From: Spirochaetes bacterium RBG_16_49_21 | Lineage (GTDB): Bacteria; Spirochaetota; UBA4802; UBA5550 | Direction: 5' to 3' | Assembly (NCBI GenBank): GCA_001829495.1 | Contig: MIBJ01000057.1 | Location: 15,453 to 79,452, forward strand | DNA length: 64,000 nucleotides | Shown: one piece after another, positions 26,614 to 34,746 of the stretch | Numbering within the stretch: position 1 is the stretch's first letter | How the letters are laid out: each line of letters opens with the position of its first letter | The notes under the pieces: model-generated | Database searches by the model: none | Seen by the model: the letters and a program-made list of their open reading frames with translations, nothing else | What the model was told of the DNA's origin: nothing | Program-made: the position numbers and the translations under genes

Positions 26614-28296
26614 TCAATTGTCCGGATGCGCGACCTGCAGGTATTGCCGTATCTTGTCCCGTATCGATTCCGGCAGTTTGATGCCGATCGATTTGAGCCT
26701 CGATTCGTACTTGTCAAAAGAGCGCATGTGCTGTGAGGTTGTGGCGAATATTCTGAAGTATGACCTGATGCTCCCCTCCAGCTCGCGGCGGAATTCAATG
26801 TTTTCGTTCAAAATATCCTCAATCGGGGCGATGACCTTGTAGTTAATGGGCCGGCAGATGGATCGGTATGCGACGAAGCGCTGCGTGACCTCGCACTCAT
26901 AGTTCTTGGTTACGATGCTCTGCTCCACCACGTTGAGGTCGATGCAATCGATGATCTCGAACTCGTATTTGCCGCCGATTATCTCCTCGATCTTGGTCTT
27001 CGCCTGCCGGTAGCAGCCGCACTGTTCGTACAGGTCCCGGCAGTTCTGGCCGCACCGCAGATAGAGCACCACGTCGATGTCGGAGCTCTGTTGGGAGATG
27101 CCCATGTTCACCGAGCCGACCACGTCCATGGCGATGTCCGTGAACTCGCCCTGTAAAACCTCGATCGCCTTCTCCAGCTCGTCGAGCCGCGCTTCAGTCT
27201 CCAGGGTGCGGAACATGCGGAAGAAATTCTTGATATCCTTGAAGAGCTCGATCTCGGGAATGTGCGAATATTTTTCCACTTTCATGTCGTAGTTTTCGCC
27301 GATCCGCCGCGCCTGAAAGCGCTCATTATCGATGATATCCTCAACCCATTTGCCTTCTTTGCGATAATACTCGGCAATGTCATGAATCCGGTCATTCACG
27401 AATTTTTTAAGGGACACCCTCGCCATTTCGGCGGAGTCGAATTCAATCTGGTAAAAAAAGCCCCCCTCGGATACCTCCCCCTGGATGGTGGTCACCTCGC
27501 CGAAGTTCGAGGGATTCAGGTATACGCAGCCCTCGACCGCCGTGAACCCCCAGTCGTTGTGTATGTGGCCGGTGAGGCACAGCTTGACGGGGTTGTTTTC
27601 GCAGAAGCTCCTGAGCGCCGGCGAGCCGGACGGCCCGATGTGGGAGATACGGTCATGGATCCCGTGAGCCGGCTGATGCGCGACGATGATATCCGGCTTG
27701 ACCGCCTTAAAAAAAGTATACATCTCATTGTTGAAGTCGTTGATCCCGATGCCGACATTGTATTTCACGATATAGCGCTCCGGTATGCCCGCGGTCCACA
27801 CCTCTGCCCCGCCGTATCCGGCCACTTTCAGCCCGCCGAGGTTATGCCAGTGCAGGTGAAGATCCCGCTCGTGGAGCGAGGTGTACTTTAAGTCCATGTC
27901 ATAGTTACCCGGCAGGGTGAATATCTGGGACGAAGACTTGAAGGAGATCATGTTTTCCAGCACCTTGTACTTCTGCTGCATGACCCTGCGCGCCCGGATG
28001 GTGAGCTGCTGGTAATCGGTTCCCTTGTCGGCGATGTCATCCGGGACGTTGGGAAAATCAAGGAGGTTGTCGACGAAATCCTCCAGAATCATGTCTTCCC
28101 TGTTCATTTTTTTTCTCAGGTTTTTCAGGTCGGTCTGCAGATCATGATAATTGATCGCCGTATTTATACCGTAGAAGGGAATATCGATGAGGTCTCCGCC
28201 TATGATGTAGACGTCGGCCATCGATTCATAGATCAGGGCCGCGGTCTGGTTAAACGATCCATGGATGTCGGTTAAAAATATTATCTTCATGGGCAT
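26614..28296 (-). CDS. Fusion protein: N-terminal calcineurin-like metallophosphoesterase plus C-terminal minimal nucleotidyltransferase (Pol-beta fold)
   Basis: MPE motifs DIHGS, GGDLID, GNYD and GHIH. NTase signature VGSVNMGISQQSSDIDVVL. Start set at MPMKIIF because the longer ORF-track N-terminus lies in a GC-hairpin repeat. Confidence 0.6.
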   Translation of the reverse strand: MPMKIIFLTDIHGSFNQTAALIYESMADVYIIGGDLIDIPFYGINTAINYHDLQTDLKNLRKKMNREDMILEDFVDNLLDFPNVPDDIADKGTDYQQLTIRARRVMQQKYKVLENMISFKSSSQIFTLPGNYDMDLKYTSLHERDLHLHWHNLGGLKVAGYGGAEVWTAGIPERYIVKYNVGIGINDFNNEMYTFFKAVKPDIIVAHQPAHGIHDRISHIGPSGSPALRSFCENNPVKLCLTGHIHNDWGFTAVEGCVYLNPSNFGEVTTIQGEVSEGGFFYQIEFDSAEMARVSLKKFVNDRIHDIAEYYRKEGKWVEDIIDNERFQARRIGENYDMKVEKYSHIPEIELFKDIKNFFRMFRTLETEARLDELEKAIEVLQGEFTDIAMDVVGSVNMGISQQSSDIDVVLYLRCGQNCRDLYEQCGCYRQAKTKIEEIIGGKYEFEIIDCIDLNVVEQSIVTKNYECEVTQRFVAYRSICRPINYKVIAPIEDILNENIEFRRELEGSIRSYFRIFATTSQHMRSFDKYESRLKSIGIKLPESIRDKIRQYLQVAHPDN

Positions 28297-28305
28297 CTGC
28301 CGGTT

Positions 28306-28419
28306 GTTCGACCCACCCCCCGGCCCCCTCTCTGCTGCGCAAAGAGGGGGAGCATGACGCGCCCCCCCTTCTCTTTTCAAAGAGAAGGGGGGCAGGGGGG
28401 ATGAGCTCTGAGACGAACG
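28306..28419. repeat. Family-1 GC-hairpin module pair without outer termini
   Basis: CCCCCTCT-loop-AGAGGGGG (28324-28350) and CCCCCCTTCTCT-TTTCAA-AGAGAAGGGGGG (28363-28392), framed by CCCACCCCCC / GGGGGGATGAG as in the interiors of 15462-15673 and 16561-16764. Confidence 0.6.
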
Positions 28420-28490
28420 TTCTTGAAAGTTACGATCAGATTACGATTAGATTAATGATAACAACAAAGGCAAAATTTTACAAATTAATC

Positions 28491-28519
28491 TTGACACGCT
28501 CCGGGAGCTGTATTAATAT
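28491..28519 (+). promoter_or_regulatory. Candidate sigma70 promoter TTGACA-17-TAATAT for the SahR-like gene
   Basis: Perfect -35 at 28491-28496, a 17-nt spacer, TAATAT at 28514-28519, 34 nt upstream of the ATG. AT-rich palindromes follow at 28514-28549. Confidence 0.5.
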
Positions 28520-28552
28520 ATCAATATATCTTGATACAGTAATATATTAGCC

Positions 28553-29464
28553 ATGCACGCGATTGTATACTTCAAAGCACTTGCGGACGCGACGCGGCTG
28601 CGCATCCTCAATCTTCTGATGCGCCGCGAGCTTAACGTGAATGAGATAGTCACGCTTCTGGGGATGAGCCAGTCGCGGATTTCCCGCCATTTGAAGATAC
28701 TGACCGACTGCGGCCTTCTGAAGTACCGGCGCGACGGGCTCTGGTCGTTTTACAGCTCCGGCAAGGACGGCCCCGGAGCCGAGCTTCTCAGTATTCTGTC
28801 GGATTACCTTTTTTCCGACACGGAGCTGAGCGCGGACTATGAGCGGCTGAGCAGCGTGATCGAGGAGGGGTACCGGCAGAAGGCCGGGTTTTTTGATTCA
28901 CTGGCGCCGGAGTGGGATGAGATTAAATACGCTATTTTAGGCGATTTCAATGTATCCGGAGCCATAGCGGAGAGGATCAGGCGCTGCGATGTGGCCGCTG
29001 ACCTCGGGTGCGGCACCGGCGAGCTGCTTCCGTATATCAAGCAAAAAGCCAAAAAGGTGATCGGGGTAGACAAATCGCCGAAGATGCTGGAGCTGGCTCA
29101 GCGCCGCCTCAACCTGAACGGCATAGAGCTTCGGATCGGAGAGCTCGAGCACCTTCCGATGCGCGACAATGAGACTGATGCCGCCGTAATCAACATGGTG
29201 CTTCATTACCTCCTTTCCCCTGACGCTGCCATTTTGGAGGCTGCCCGGGTAGTGAAGAGCGGCGGATCCCTCGTCATCGTGGATCTCGACAAGCACCAGA
29301 ATGAACAGATGCGCGAAAAATACGGGCACCGCTGGCTGGGATTCAAGCGGAAAAATATCGAGCACTGGCTGTCGGAGGCGGGGTTTATGCTTGCGGAGTT
29401 CGCGCAATTCGACGCGTTGAACGATTTGAAGATCGATCTGTATATGTCGGAAAAAAGGAAATAG
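28553..29464 (+). CDS. sahR: ArsR-family wHTH regulator fused to a SAM-methyltransferase-like domain (SahR-like)
   Basis: ALADATRLRILNLL...NEIVTLLGMSQSRISRHLKIL (ArsR HTH) plus DLGCGTGELL (class I MTase motif I). It sits directly upstream of ahcY. Confidence 0.6.
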   Translation: MHAIVYFKALADATRLRILNLLMRRELNVNEIVTLLGMSQSRISRHLKILTDCGLLKYRRDGLWSFYSSGKDGPGAELLSILSDYLFSDTELSADYERLSSVIEEGYRQKAGFFDSLAPEWDEIKYAILGDFNVSGAIAERIRRCDVAADLGCGTGELLPYIKQKAKKVIGVDKSPKMLELAQRRLNLNGIELRIGELEHLPMRDNETDAAVINMVLHYLLSPDAAILEAARVVKSGGSLVIVDLDKHQNEQMREKYGHRWLGFKRKNIEHWLSEAGFMLAEFAQFDALNDLKIDLYMSEKRK

Positions 29465-29515
29465 GGACGGGGGTCGAGTGACGAGTACAAACTGAGAAAG
29501 TTTTTCTGAATATAT

Positions 29516-29752
29516 TAGACTTAATACGGAACTGCCTCAAATGTCATTGCGAGGAGCGCCAGCGACGAAGGCCGGCGCATTTTGTACATCCTGTACGCGC
29601 CGGCACGAAACCATCCTTGGTTTCAGCAATCTTTATTAAAGTAAAATTAAAGATTGCGCTGGCCAGGATGGCCGAGTGCCGCGGAGCACAAGGATGTGCG
29701 AGAGCGGCCTTCGCTAAGCTCGCAATGACACTGAGTTTTTGCAACAAGTCTA
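29516..29752. mobile_element. Family-2 element, long foldback variant
   Basis: Degenerate left end TAGACTTAATACGGAAC. Right end TTTTTGCAACAAGTCTA. Arms of about 100 nt are imperfectly complementary around the hairpin GCAATCTTTA...TAAAGATTGC. Confidence 0.6.
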
Positions 29753-29787
29753 ATATTAAAAAATAAAAAAACAACAAGGAGCAATTC

Positions 29788-31230
29788 ATGAACGTAAGTG
29801 CAAAAAAAGATATTATGCCGCTTGATAAAGACCTTCGCTACAAGGTGGCGGATATGTCCCTGGCGGAATGGGGGCGCAAGGAGATCAGGCTTGCAGAAGA
29901 CGAGATGCCGGGACTGGTGGCTGTACGGAAAAAGTACGGGCCGCAGAAGCCGCTCAAGGGGCTCAGGGTGACCGGGAGCCTGCACATGACCATCCAGACG
30001 GCTGTCCTGATCGAGACCCTTTATGAACTGGGCGCTGAGGTTCGATGGGCGTCGTGCAATATTTTCTCGACCCAGGATCACGCTGCCGCCGCCATCGCCG
30101 CTGCCGGCACGGCGGCCGTGTTCGCATGGAAAGGGGAGACCCTTGAGGAATACTGGTGGTGCACGGACCAGGCGCTTACCTGGCCGGACGGCTCCGGCCC
30201 GCACCTCATCGTCGACGATGGCGGAGACGCGACCCTGTTCGTCCACTGGGGAGTCAAGGTTGAGAAAGACACTGCACTGTTGGAGAAAGCATACGATAAC
30301 AAGGAATTCAGCATAGTCATTGACCGCCTCAGCCGGAGCGTGAAGAACCATCCCGGGAAATGGACCGCGATCGCCCAAAAGATACGGGGCGTGTCCGAAG
30401 AGACGACCACGGGCGTGCACCGGCTCTATCAGATGGAGAAGGCGGGCGAGCTCTTGTTTCCCGCCATCAACGTAAATGACTCAGTGACCAAATCGAAGTT
30501 CGACAACCTGTACGGATGCAGGGAGTCGCTGGCGGACGGCATCAAACGCGCGACGGACATCATGGTCGCCGGAAAAATAGTGGTCGTGTGCGGCTACGGC
30601 GACGTCGGCAAGGGATGCGCGCAATCGATGAGCGGGTTCGGCGCCCGGGTACTCATCACGGAGATTGATCCGATATGCGCCCTGCAGGCGGCAATGGAGG
30701 GATATGAGGTGACCACCATAGACGATGCTGCTGCGATAGGCGATATCTTCGTGACCGCCACCGGCAACATCGACATCATCACCGGCGCCCACATGGAGCG
30801 GATGAAGGAGGGCGCGATAGTCTGTAACATCGGCCACTTCGACAATGAGATCGATATGCGGTATCTCGAGTCCTGCGCTGAATGCCGAAAAGAGACCATA
30901 AAGCCCCAGGTCGACAAATGGACCCTGAAATCCGGCAGGTCGATCATAGTCCTTGCAGAGGGGAGGCTCGTCAACCTCGGCTGCGCCACCGGCCACCCCA
31001 GCTTCGTCATGAGCAACAGCTTCACCAACCAGACCCTGGCCCAGATCGAGCTCGCCCGGGATAAGCATGAGAACAGGGTCTATACTCTCTCCAAAAAGCT
31101 TGATGAAGAGGTTGCCCGGCTTCACCTGGGCAAGCTGGGAGTTAAGCTTACGAAATTGACCAAGGAGCAGGCGGATTATATCGGCGTAGAGGTCGAGGGT
31201 CCCTTTAAGCCTGAGCATTACCGGTACTAG
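29788..31230 (+). CDS. ahcY: Adenosylhomocysteinase
   Basis: [35 protein letters not shown] and HFDNEID. 480 aa. Confidence 0.92.
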   Translation: MNVSAKKDIMPLDKDLRYKVADMSLAEWGRKEIRLAEDEMPGLVAVRKKYGPQKPLKGLRVTGSLHMTIQTAVLIETLYELGAEVRWASCNIFSTQDHAAAAIAAAGTAAVFAWKGETLEEYWWCTDQALTWPDGSGPHLIVDDGGDATLFVHWGVKVEKDTALLEKAYDNKEFSIVIDRLSRSVKNHPGKWTAIAQKIRGVSEETTTGVHRLYQMEKAGELLFPAINVNDSVTKSKFDNLYGCRESLADGIKRATDIMVAGKIVVVCGYGDVGKGCAQSMSGFGARVLITEIDPICALQAAMEGYEVTTIDDAAAIGDIFVTATGNIDIITGAHMERMKEGAIVCNIGHFDNEIDMRYLESCAECRKETIKPQVDKWTLKSGRSIIVLAEGRLVNLGCATGHPSFVMSNSFTNQTLAQIELARDKHENRVYTLSKKLDEEVARLHLGKLGVKLTKLTKEQADYIGVEVEGPFKPEHYRY

Positions 31231-31235
31231 TGAAC

Positions 31236-31327
31236 GCCCTCCCCCTTGATGGGGGAGGGCAGGGGTGGGGGTGAAGGAAGAGCCAATCTAATCACCCTCC
31301 CCTGGCCCCTCCCATCGAGGGAGGGGG
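31236..31327. repeat. Family-1-type GC-hairpin pair directly after the ahcY stop
   Basis: GCCCTCCCCC-TTGAT-GGGGGAGGGC (31236-31260) and CCCCTCCC-ATCGA-GGGAGGGG (31306-31326), with CAGGGGTGGGGGTGA / TCACCCTCCCCTG between them. Confidence 0.6.
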
Positions 31328-31383
31328 ATAACAAAATCTGTCTAACTCGAGTTGCAATTGGACAATTCTCTTAGGAATTTACT

Positions 31384-32319
31384 ATGAAAAAAAATACGAG
31401 AATAATTTTTCTGACGATCGCCTTTCTGGTGCTCTCTTTTCCTGCAGCTCTTGAATCTATTTCAAAGAAAAAAAATGAATCGAAATATCCCGCTATCCAG
31501 CCTAATAGTGCGCTGTCATTTTCCAGTAAATTCAACGGTACGGTCACCGTAATCGATGACGGAGAATATCGATCTTTACAGTTCGGGTCAGGAAGCGGCG
31601 GCGCGATTCAATCAAAAATCGATTTAAAAAATAAAAGCAGATTGCTTTTTAATTATACCCTATGCAGCACCTTGGGTTTTATTCTGTTCAGGGAGCCGAA
31701 AAAAGAGGTTAAAAAGGTGTTGATGATCGGAGTTGGAGGAGGCTCTTTACCTCGGTTTATAAAGAGATATTATCCGCAGATACATATTGATAACGTGGAT
31801 ATTGATCCTTTAATAGTGGATATTGCCCGAAAATATTTTTTTGTCCGGGAAGGGGATGGATTCAAGATATACGTGGAAGATGGCAGGAAATTCATTGAAA
31901 CCGTCAAAACAGCGTACGATATGGTCATCCTCGATGCCTTTGGCAGCGATAACGAGATTCCCCATCAACTGACGTCAATCGAGTTTTTACATCAGGTGAA
32001 ATCGCGTCTTTCGCCAAAGGGAATCGTTATAACCAATCTCATCAACCACGATCAACGGATATACGAATCACTGGTAGCCACATACCGGAGCTCTTTCAAA
32101 TATGTTTTCAGGTTTAATCTGGAAAAATTCCATGAGGCTAATGTCGTCCTGATGTCGTTCAACGATGATTCAAAAAATATCGGATTAAACGAATTTCTCA
32201 AACGCGCGGACGAATTTGAAAAATTTTTAAATCATGAATACGATTTGAAGAAATACGCCATCTTGCGCAGTGCCGATGCATTGAGTCAGAAGGGCGTTGA
32301 GATTATTCATGATAAATGA
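31384..32319 (+). CDS. Spermidine-synthase-like methyltransferase-fold protein with signal peptide
   Basis: VLMIGVGGGSLPRF, DNVDIDPLIVDIARKYF and DMVILDAF match spermine/spermidine synthase family motifs. AT-rich gene. Confidence 0.6.
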   Translation: MKKNTRIIFLTIAFLVLSFPAALESISKKKNESKYPAIQPNSALSFSSKFNGTVTVIDDGEYRSLQFGSGSGGAIQSKIDLKNKSRLLFNYTLCSTLGFILFREPKKEVKKVLMIGVGGGSLPRFIKRYYPQIHIDNVDIDPLIVDIARKYFFVREGDGFKIYVEDGRKFIETVKTAYDMVILDAFGSDNEIPHQLTSIEFLHQVKSRLSPKGIVITNLINHDQRIYESLVATYRSSFKYVFRFNLEKFHEANVVLMSFNDDSKNIGLNEFLKRADEFEKFLNHEYDLKKYAILRSADALSQKGVEIIHDK

Positions 32320-32332
32320 AAAAAATTTTTGT

Positions 32333-33481
32333 ATGACGAACAGCATTGAGACATACCAAAACCGGCCAACCAGGGCCGAGATTTCTCTGGGACGGTTCAG
32401 GAATAATGTTGAGATTGTGCGCTTCCTTGTCGGCGGTAATGTGAAAATAATGGCCATGGTGAAGTCGAACGCCTACGGCCACGGAATCAAGGCCGCGTCC
32501 GAGGAATTCCTGAAGGCGGGGGCTCATTATCTCGGGGTTGCCTATCTGGAAGAGGCCGTATACCTTCGCCGATGCGGCATAATGGCGCCTATTCTTGTGT
32601 GCGGTGCGATCAACACGGATCAGATCGAAGACTTCATAAACAACGACATCGAGATTACCAGTTCTTCTATCGACAAGTCTTCAGCCATATCGGCTGTAGC
32701 GAAGCGGCTCGGTAAAACCGCGTCCGTGCATATCAAAATCGACACCGGCATGGAGCGGATCGGGGTTCACTGGTATAACGCCGAGAAATTCATAGGCAGC
32801 ACGCTCGATCTCCCCAATGTAAAAGTGAAGGGGATTTTCTCTCATCTTGCGAAAGCGGAGGCCGACCAGGCATATACTGAAAATCAAATTGCGCGATTTG
32901 ACAAGGTCGCCGATTACATGGAGCGGAAGAATATCCTTCCCGGCCTTGTGCACCTTGCCAACTCGGCAGCGATCATCGGCAGTCCCCGTTCTCATTTCAC
33001 CATGGTGCGGCCCGGCATTATGCTGTACGGGTATAATCCCCATGGCCTTCATGCCGGCGGCGAATTCGGGGGCCGCAAACTCCTGCCGGCTATGAGTCTG
33101 AAGACCAAGGTTTCCTACTTCAAGGTATGCCCTGCCGGCACCGGCATAAGCTACAATCATACGTACGTGACCGGGAACCAGACGCGGATCATCACGCTCC
33201 CCCTCGGATACGGCGACGGATACAGTCGCTTGCTCTCCAACAAGGGTGCGGTGATCGTGCGGGGGAGGCGCTATCCGGTGGTCGGTGCCGTGTGTATGGA
33301 CCAGATCATGGCGGACATTGGCGCCGACGGAACCGCCTATAACGGAGACGACGTGCTCCTATTCGGCGAAATGGATGGGCACACGATACCCCTGGAGCTC
33401 CTGTGCGAAAAGATCGGCACCATCACTTACGAGTTTCTATGCACCATCGGCTCCCGCGTACCGCGTGTATATGTTGAGTGA
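32333..33481 (+). CDS. alr: Alanine racemase
   Basis: PLP-lysine motif MVKSNAYGHG and C-terminal RVPRVY. Start placed after the upstream stop codon. Confidence 0.88.
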   Translation: MTNSIETYQNRPTRAEISLGRFRNNVEIVRFLVGGNVKIMAMVKSNAYGHGIKAASEEFLKAGAHYLGVAYLEEAVYLRRCGIMAPILVCGAINTDQIEDFINNDIEITSSSIDKSSAISAVAKRLGKTASVHIKIDTGMERIGVHWYNAEKFIGSTLDLPNVKVKGIFSHLAKAEADQAYTENQIARFDKVADYMERKNILPGLVHLANSAAIIGSPRSHFTMVRPGIMLYGYNPHGLHAGGEFGGRKLLPAMSLKTKVSYFKVCPAGTGISYNHTYVTGNQTRIITLPLGYGDGYSRLLSNKGAVIVRGRRYPVVGAVCMDQIMADIGADGTAYNGDDVLLFGEMDGHTIPLELLCEKIGTITYEFLCTIGSRVPRVYVE

Positions 33482-33545
33482 CGGGTGACGAGCAATATGA
33501 AGGCGAGGATGCGCATCCTCGCCTTCATATTGCTCGTCACCCGTC
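33480..33545. terminator. 66-bp perfect palindrome between convergent alr and the GHKL-like gene
   Basis: GACGGGTGACGAGCAATATGAAGGCGAGGATGC | GCATCCTCGCCTTCATATTGCTCGTCACCCGTC, read base by base. It overlaps the alr stop codon. Confidence 0.6.
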
Positions 33546-33556
33546 TCATTAAGCCA

Positions 33557-34429
33557 TCAAATTGCATTGGCTCCGGCTTTTTCTGTTACATTAAATCTCT
33601 TCCGCAGCTGCTTGATCGGGAGAGTAATCATGACCGTCGTGTTAATGGCTGATATGATCGTAATGGCCTGTTCGTCTGAGAGTCCCCAGTGGTTGAGGAT
33701 CAAATCGATCTTGGCGTATCCGAGGCCGAACCCGGCTTCACTGGTATCGAGATTGTCTACGAAAAATTCATGCTCTCTTCCCTGTTCCTTGTACCGCCGG
33801 TGCTCGTCCCGCTTCTTATGTATCCGGTAAAGGTCCCTTCGCAGTATGGGAGCGGTGTTGGTGACTTCAATATATATATAATCGTCATCGCTCTGAACGC
33901 GGAGCAGTATCCGTATATCCTTTTCCTTTAAAGTTTTTCTGATGCCGTTGATTTTGCTCAGGGTATTGATGATCCTTGTCTCATTTTCAGTGTACTTTCT
34001 CTTTTCAAGATGGGCCCTATTCTTTATATCCAACAGCTTTGATTCTTCATTGAGTATCTCGCGGACAAGGGCGGATATGTTTTCGGTTTTCAAAATATCC
34101 TCAGCCAGATGGTTGAAGCTTTCAGGGACCTTCACGATGTCGTTGATGTCCTCATCAATATCGGAGGGCGTTTTTTCCGGCCAGGTCTCTTTGTATTTTT
34201 CAAAAATCCGCTCCCGGATAAGAATGAACTTGTAATTTGACTTTACGGCATTTTTGATCAGTTCGTCGACGCAGGCAAAAAGCTCGGATGATATCTCCTC
34301 CAGGCCTTCTTGTGCGAGGAATCTTTTCCCTACATCAACAATCCGGTCTCTGGCCTGCCTGCTGTATATCTGTATGAAACCTTTAACCTGGTGCATAATT
34401 CCTTCAAACAGAATCGATCTTTTAGGCAC
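33557..34429 (-). CDS. Hypothetical protein with a GHKL/HATPase-like ATP-binding domain
   Basis: N-box-like DELIKNAVKSN, G-box-like FGLGYAKIDL, and YIYIEVTNTAP. No obvious partner domain. Confidence 0.45.
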   Translation of the reverse strand: MPKRSILFEGIMHQVKGFIQIYSRQARDRIVDVGKRFLAQEGLEEISSELFACVDELIKNAVKSNYKFILIRERIFEKYKETWPEKTPSDIDEDINDIVKVPESFNHLAEDILKTENISALVREILNEESKLLDIKNRAHLEKRKYTENETRIINTLSKINGIRKTLKEKDIRILLRVQSDDDYIYIEVTNTAPILRRDLYRIHKKRDEHRRYKEQGREHEFFVDNLDTSEAGFGLGYAKIDLILNHWGLSDEQAITIISAINTTVMITLPIKQLRKRFNVTEKAGANAI

Positions 34430-34441
34430 GGATTATTTTTT

Positions 34442-34484
34442 TATACGGAGCCTCCGCGGCCGAGGACGGCGGAGGCTCCGTATA
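34442..34484. repeat. GC-rich hairpin (16-bp perfect stem) in the divergent spacer
   Basis: TATACGGAGCCTCCGC-11 nt-GCGGAGGCTCCGTATA. The stem resembles the central hairpins of family-2 elements (CCTCCGCC...GGCGGAGG). Confidence 0.6.
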
Positions 34485-34548
34485 ATCAATTATTTGTGCG
34501 TATTAGTCAAGGGGTATTAATCTTTTTTTTAGAAATCTATATTTTCAA

Positions 34549-34577
34549 TTGACAATATTTCCGGTATATTTTAGCTT
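34549..34577 (+). promoter_or_regulatory. Candidate sigma70 promoter TTGACA-17-TAGCTT for the leu leader
   Basis: Perfect -35 at 34549-34554 and a TAnnnT box at 34572-34577, about 40 nt upstream of the leader ATG. Confidence 0.4.
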
Positions 34578-34619
34578 GAGCCGTGTACACGGGAATTTAT
34601 ATCCAAGGGCTGAAAGACC

Positions 34620-34718
34620 ATGCACGAGATGAAAATCAATAGGGCGTCGATCCCGGCTTTGTTGCTGCACAATCTGTTGCTAAGCCTGTTTTTTTCGTTT
34701 ACCGGCCGGATTTTGTGA
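34620..34718 (+). CDS. Leu-rich leader peptide (32 aa) of the leuA attenuator
   Basis: MHEMKINRASIPALLLHNLLLSLFFSFTGRIL: 8 Leu, 7 of them within 10 codons. Its stop codon lies inside a segment that can pair with the 5' arm of the downstream terminator. Confidence 0.5.
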   Translation: MHEMKINRASIPALLLHNLLLSLFFSFTGRIL

Positions 34719-34746
34719 TGCCTTTTGAAATTAGCCGAGCGTAAAA

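Noticed and set aside
28297-28380. N-terminal 28-aa extension (MKREGGARHAPPLCAAERGPGGGSNNRQ) of ORF 26614..28380.
   Set aside because: It is encoded by the GC-hairpin repeat module (28306-28419). It is Gly/Pro/Arg-rich and precedes a conserved-looking MPMKIIFLTDIHGS start.
29549-29566. GCGAGGAGCGCCAGCGAC upstream of ahcY resembles the GAGGAGCGCUGCGAC core that I recall from the SAH riboswitch.
   Set aside because: - The other conserved segments that I remember (a CAGGCUCGG-type pairing strand and the 3' ACGGCGCUCA pseudoknot strand) are absent.
- The segment is simply one arm of the long family-2 foldback.
- A covariance-model scan would settle it formally.
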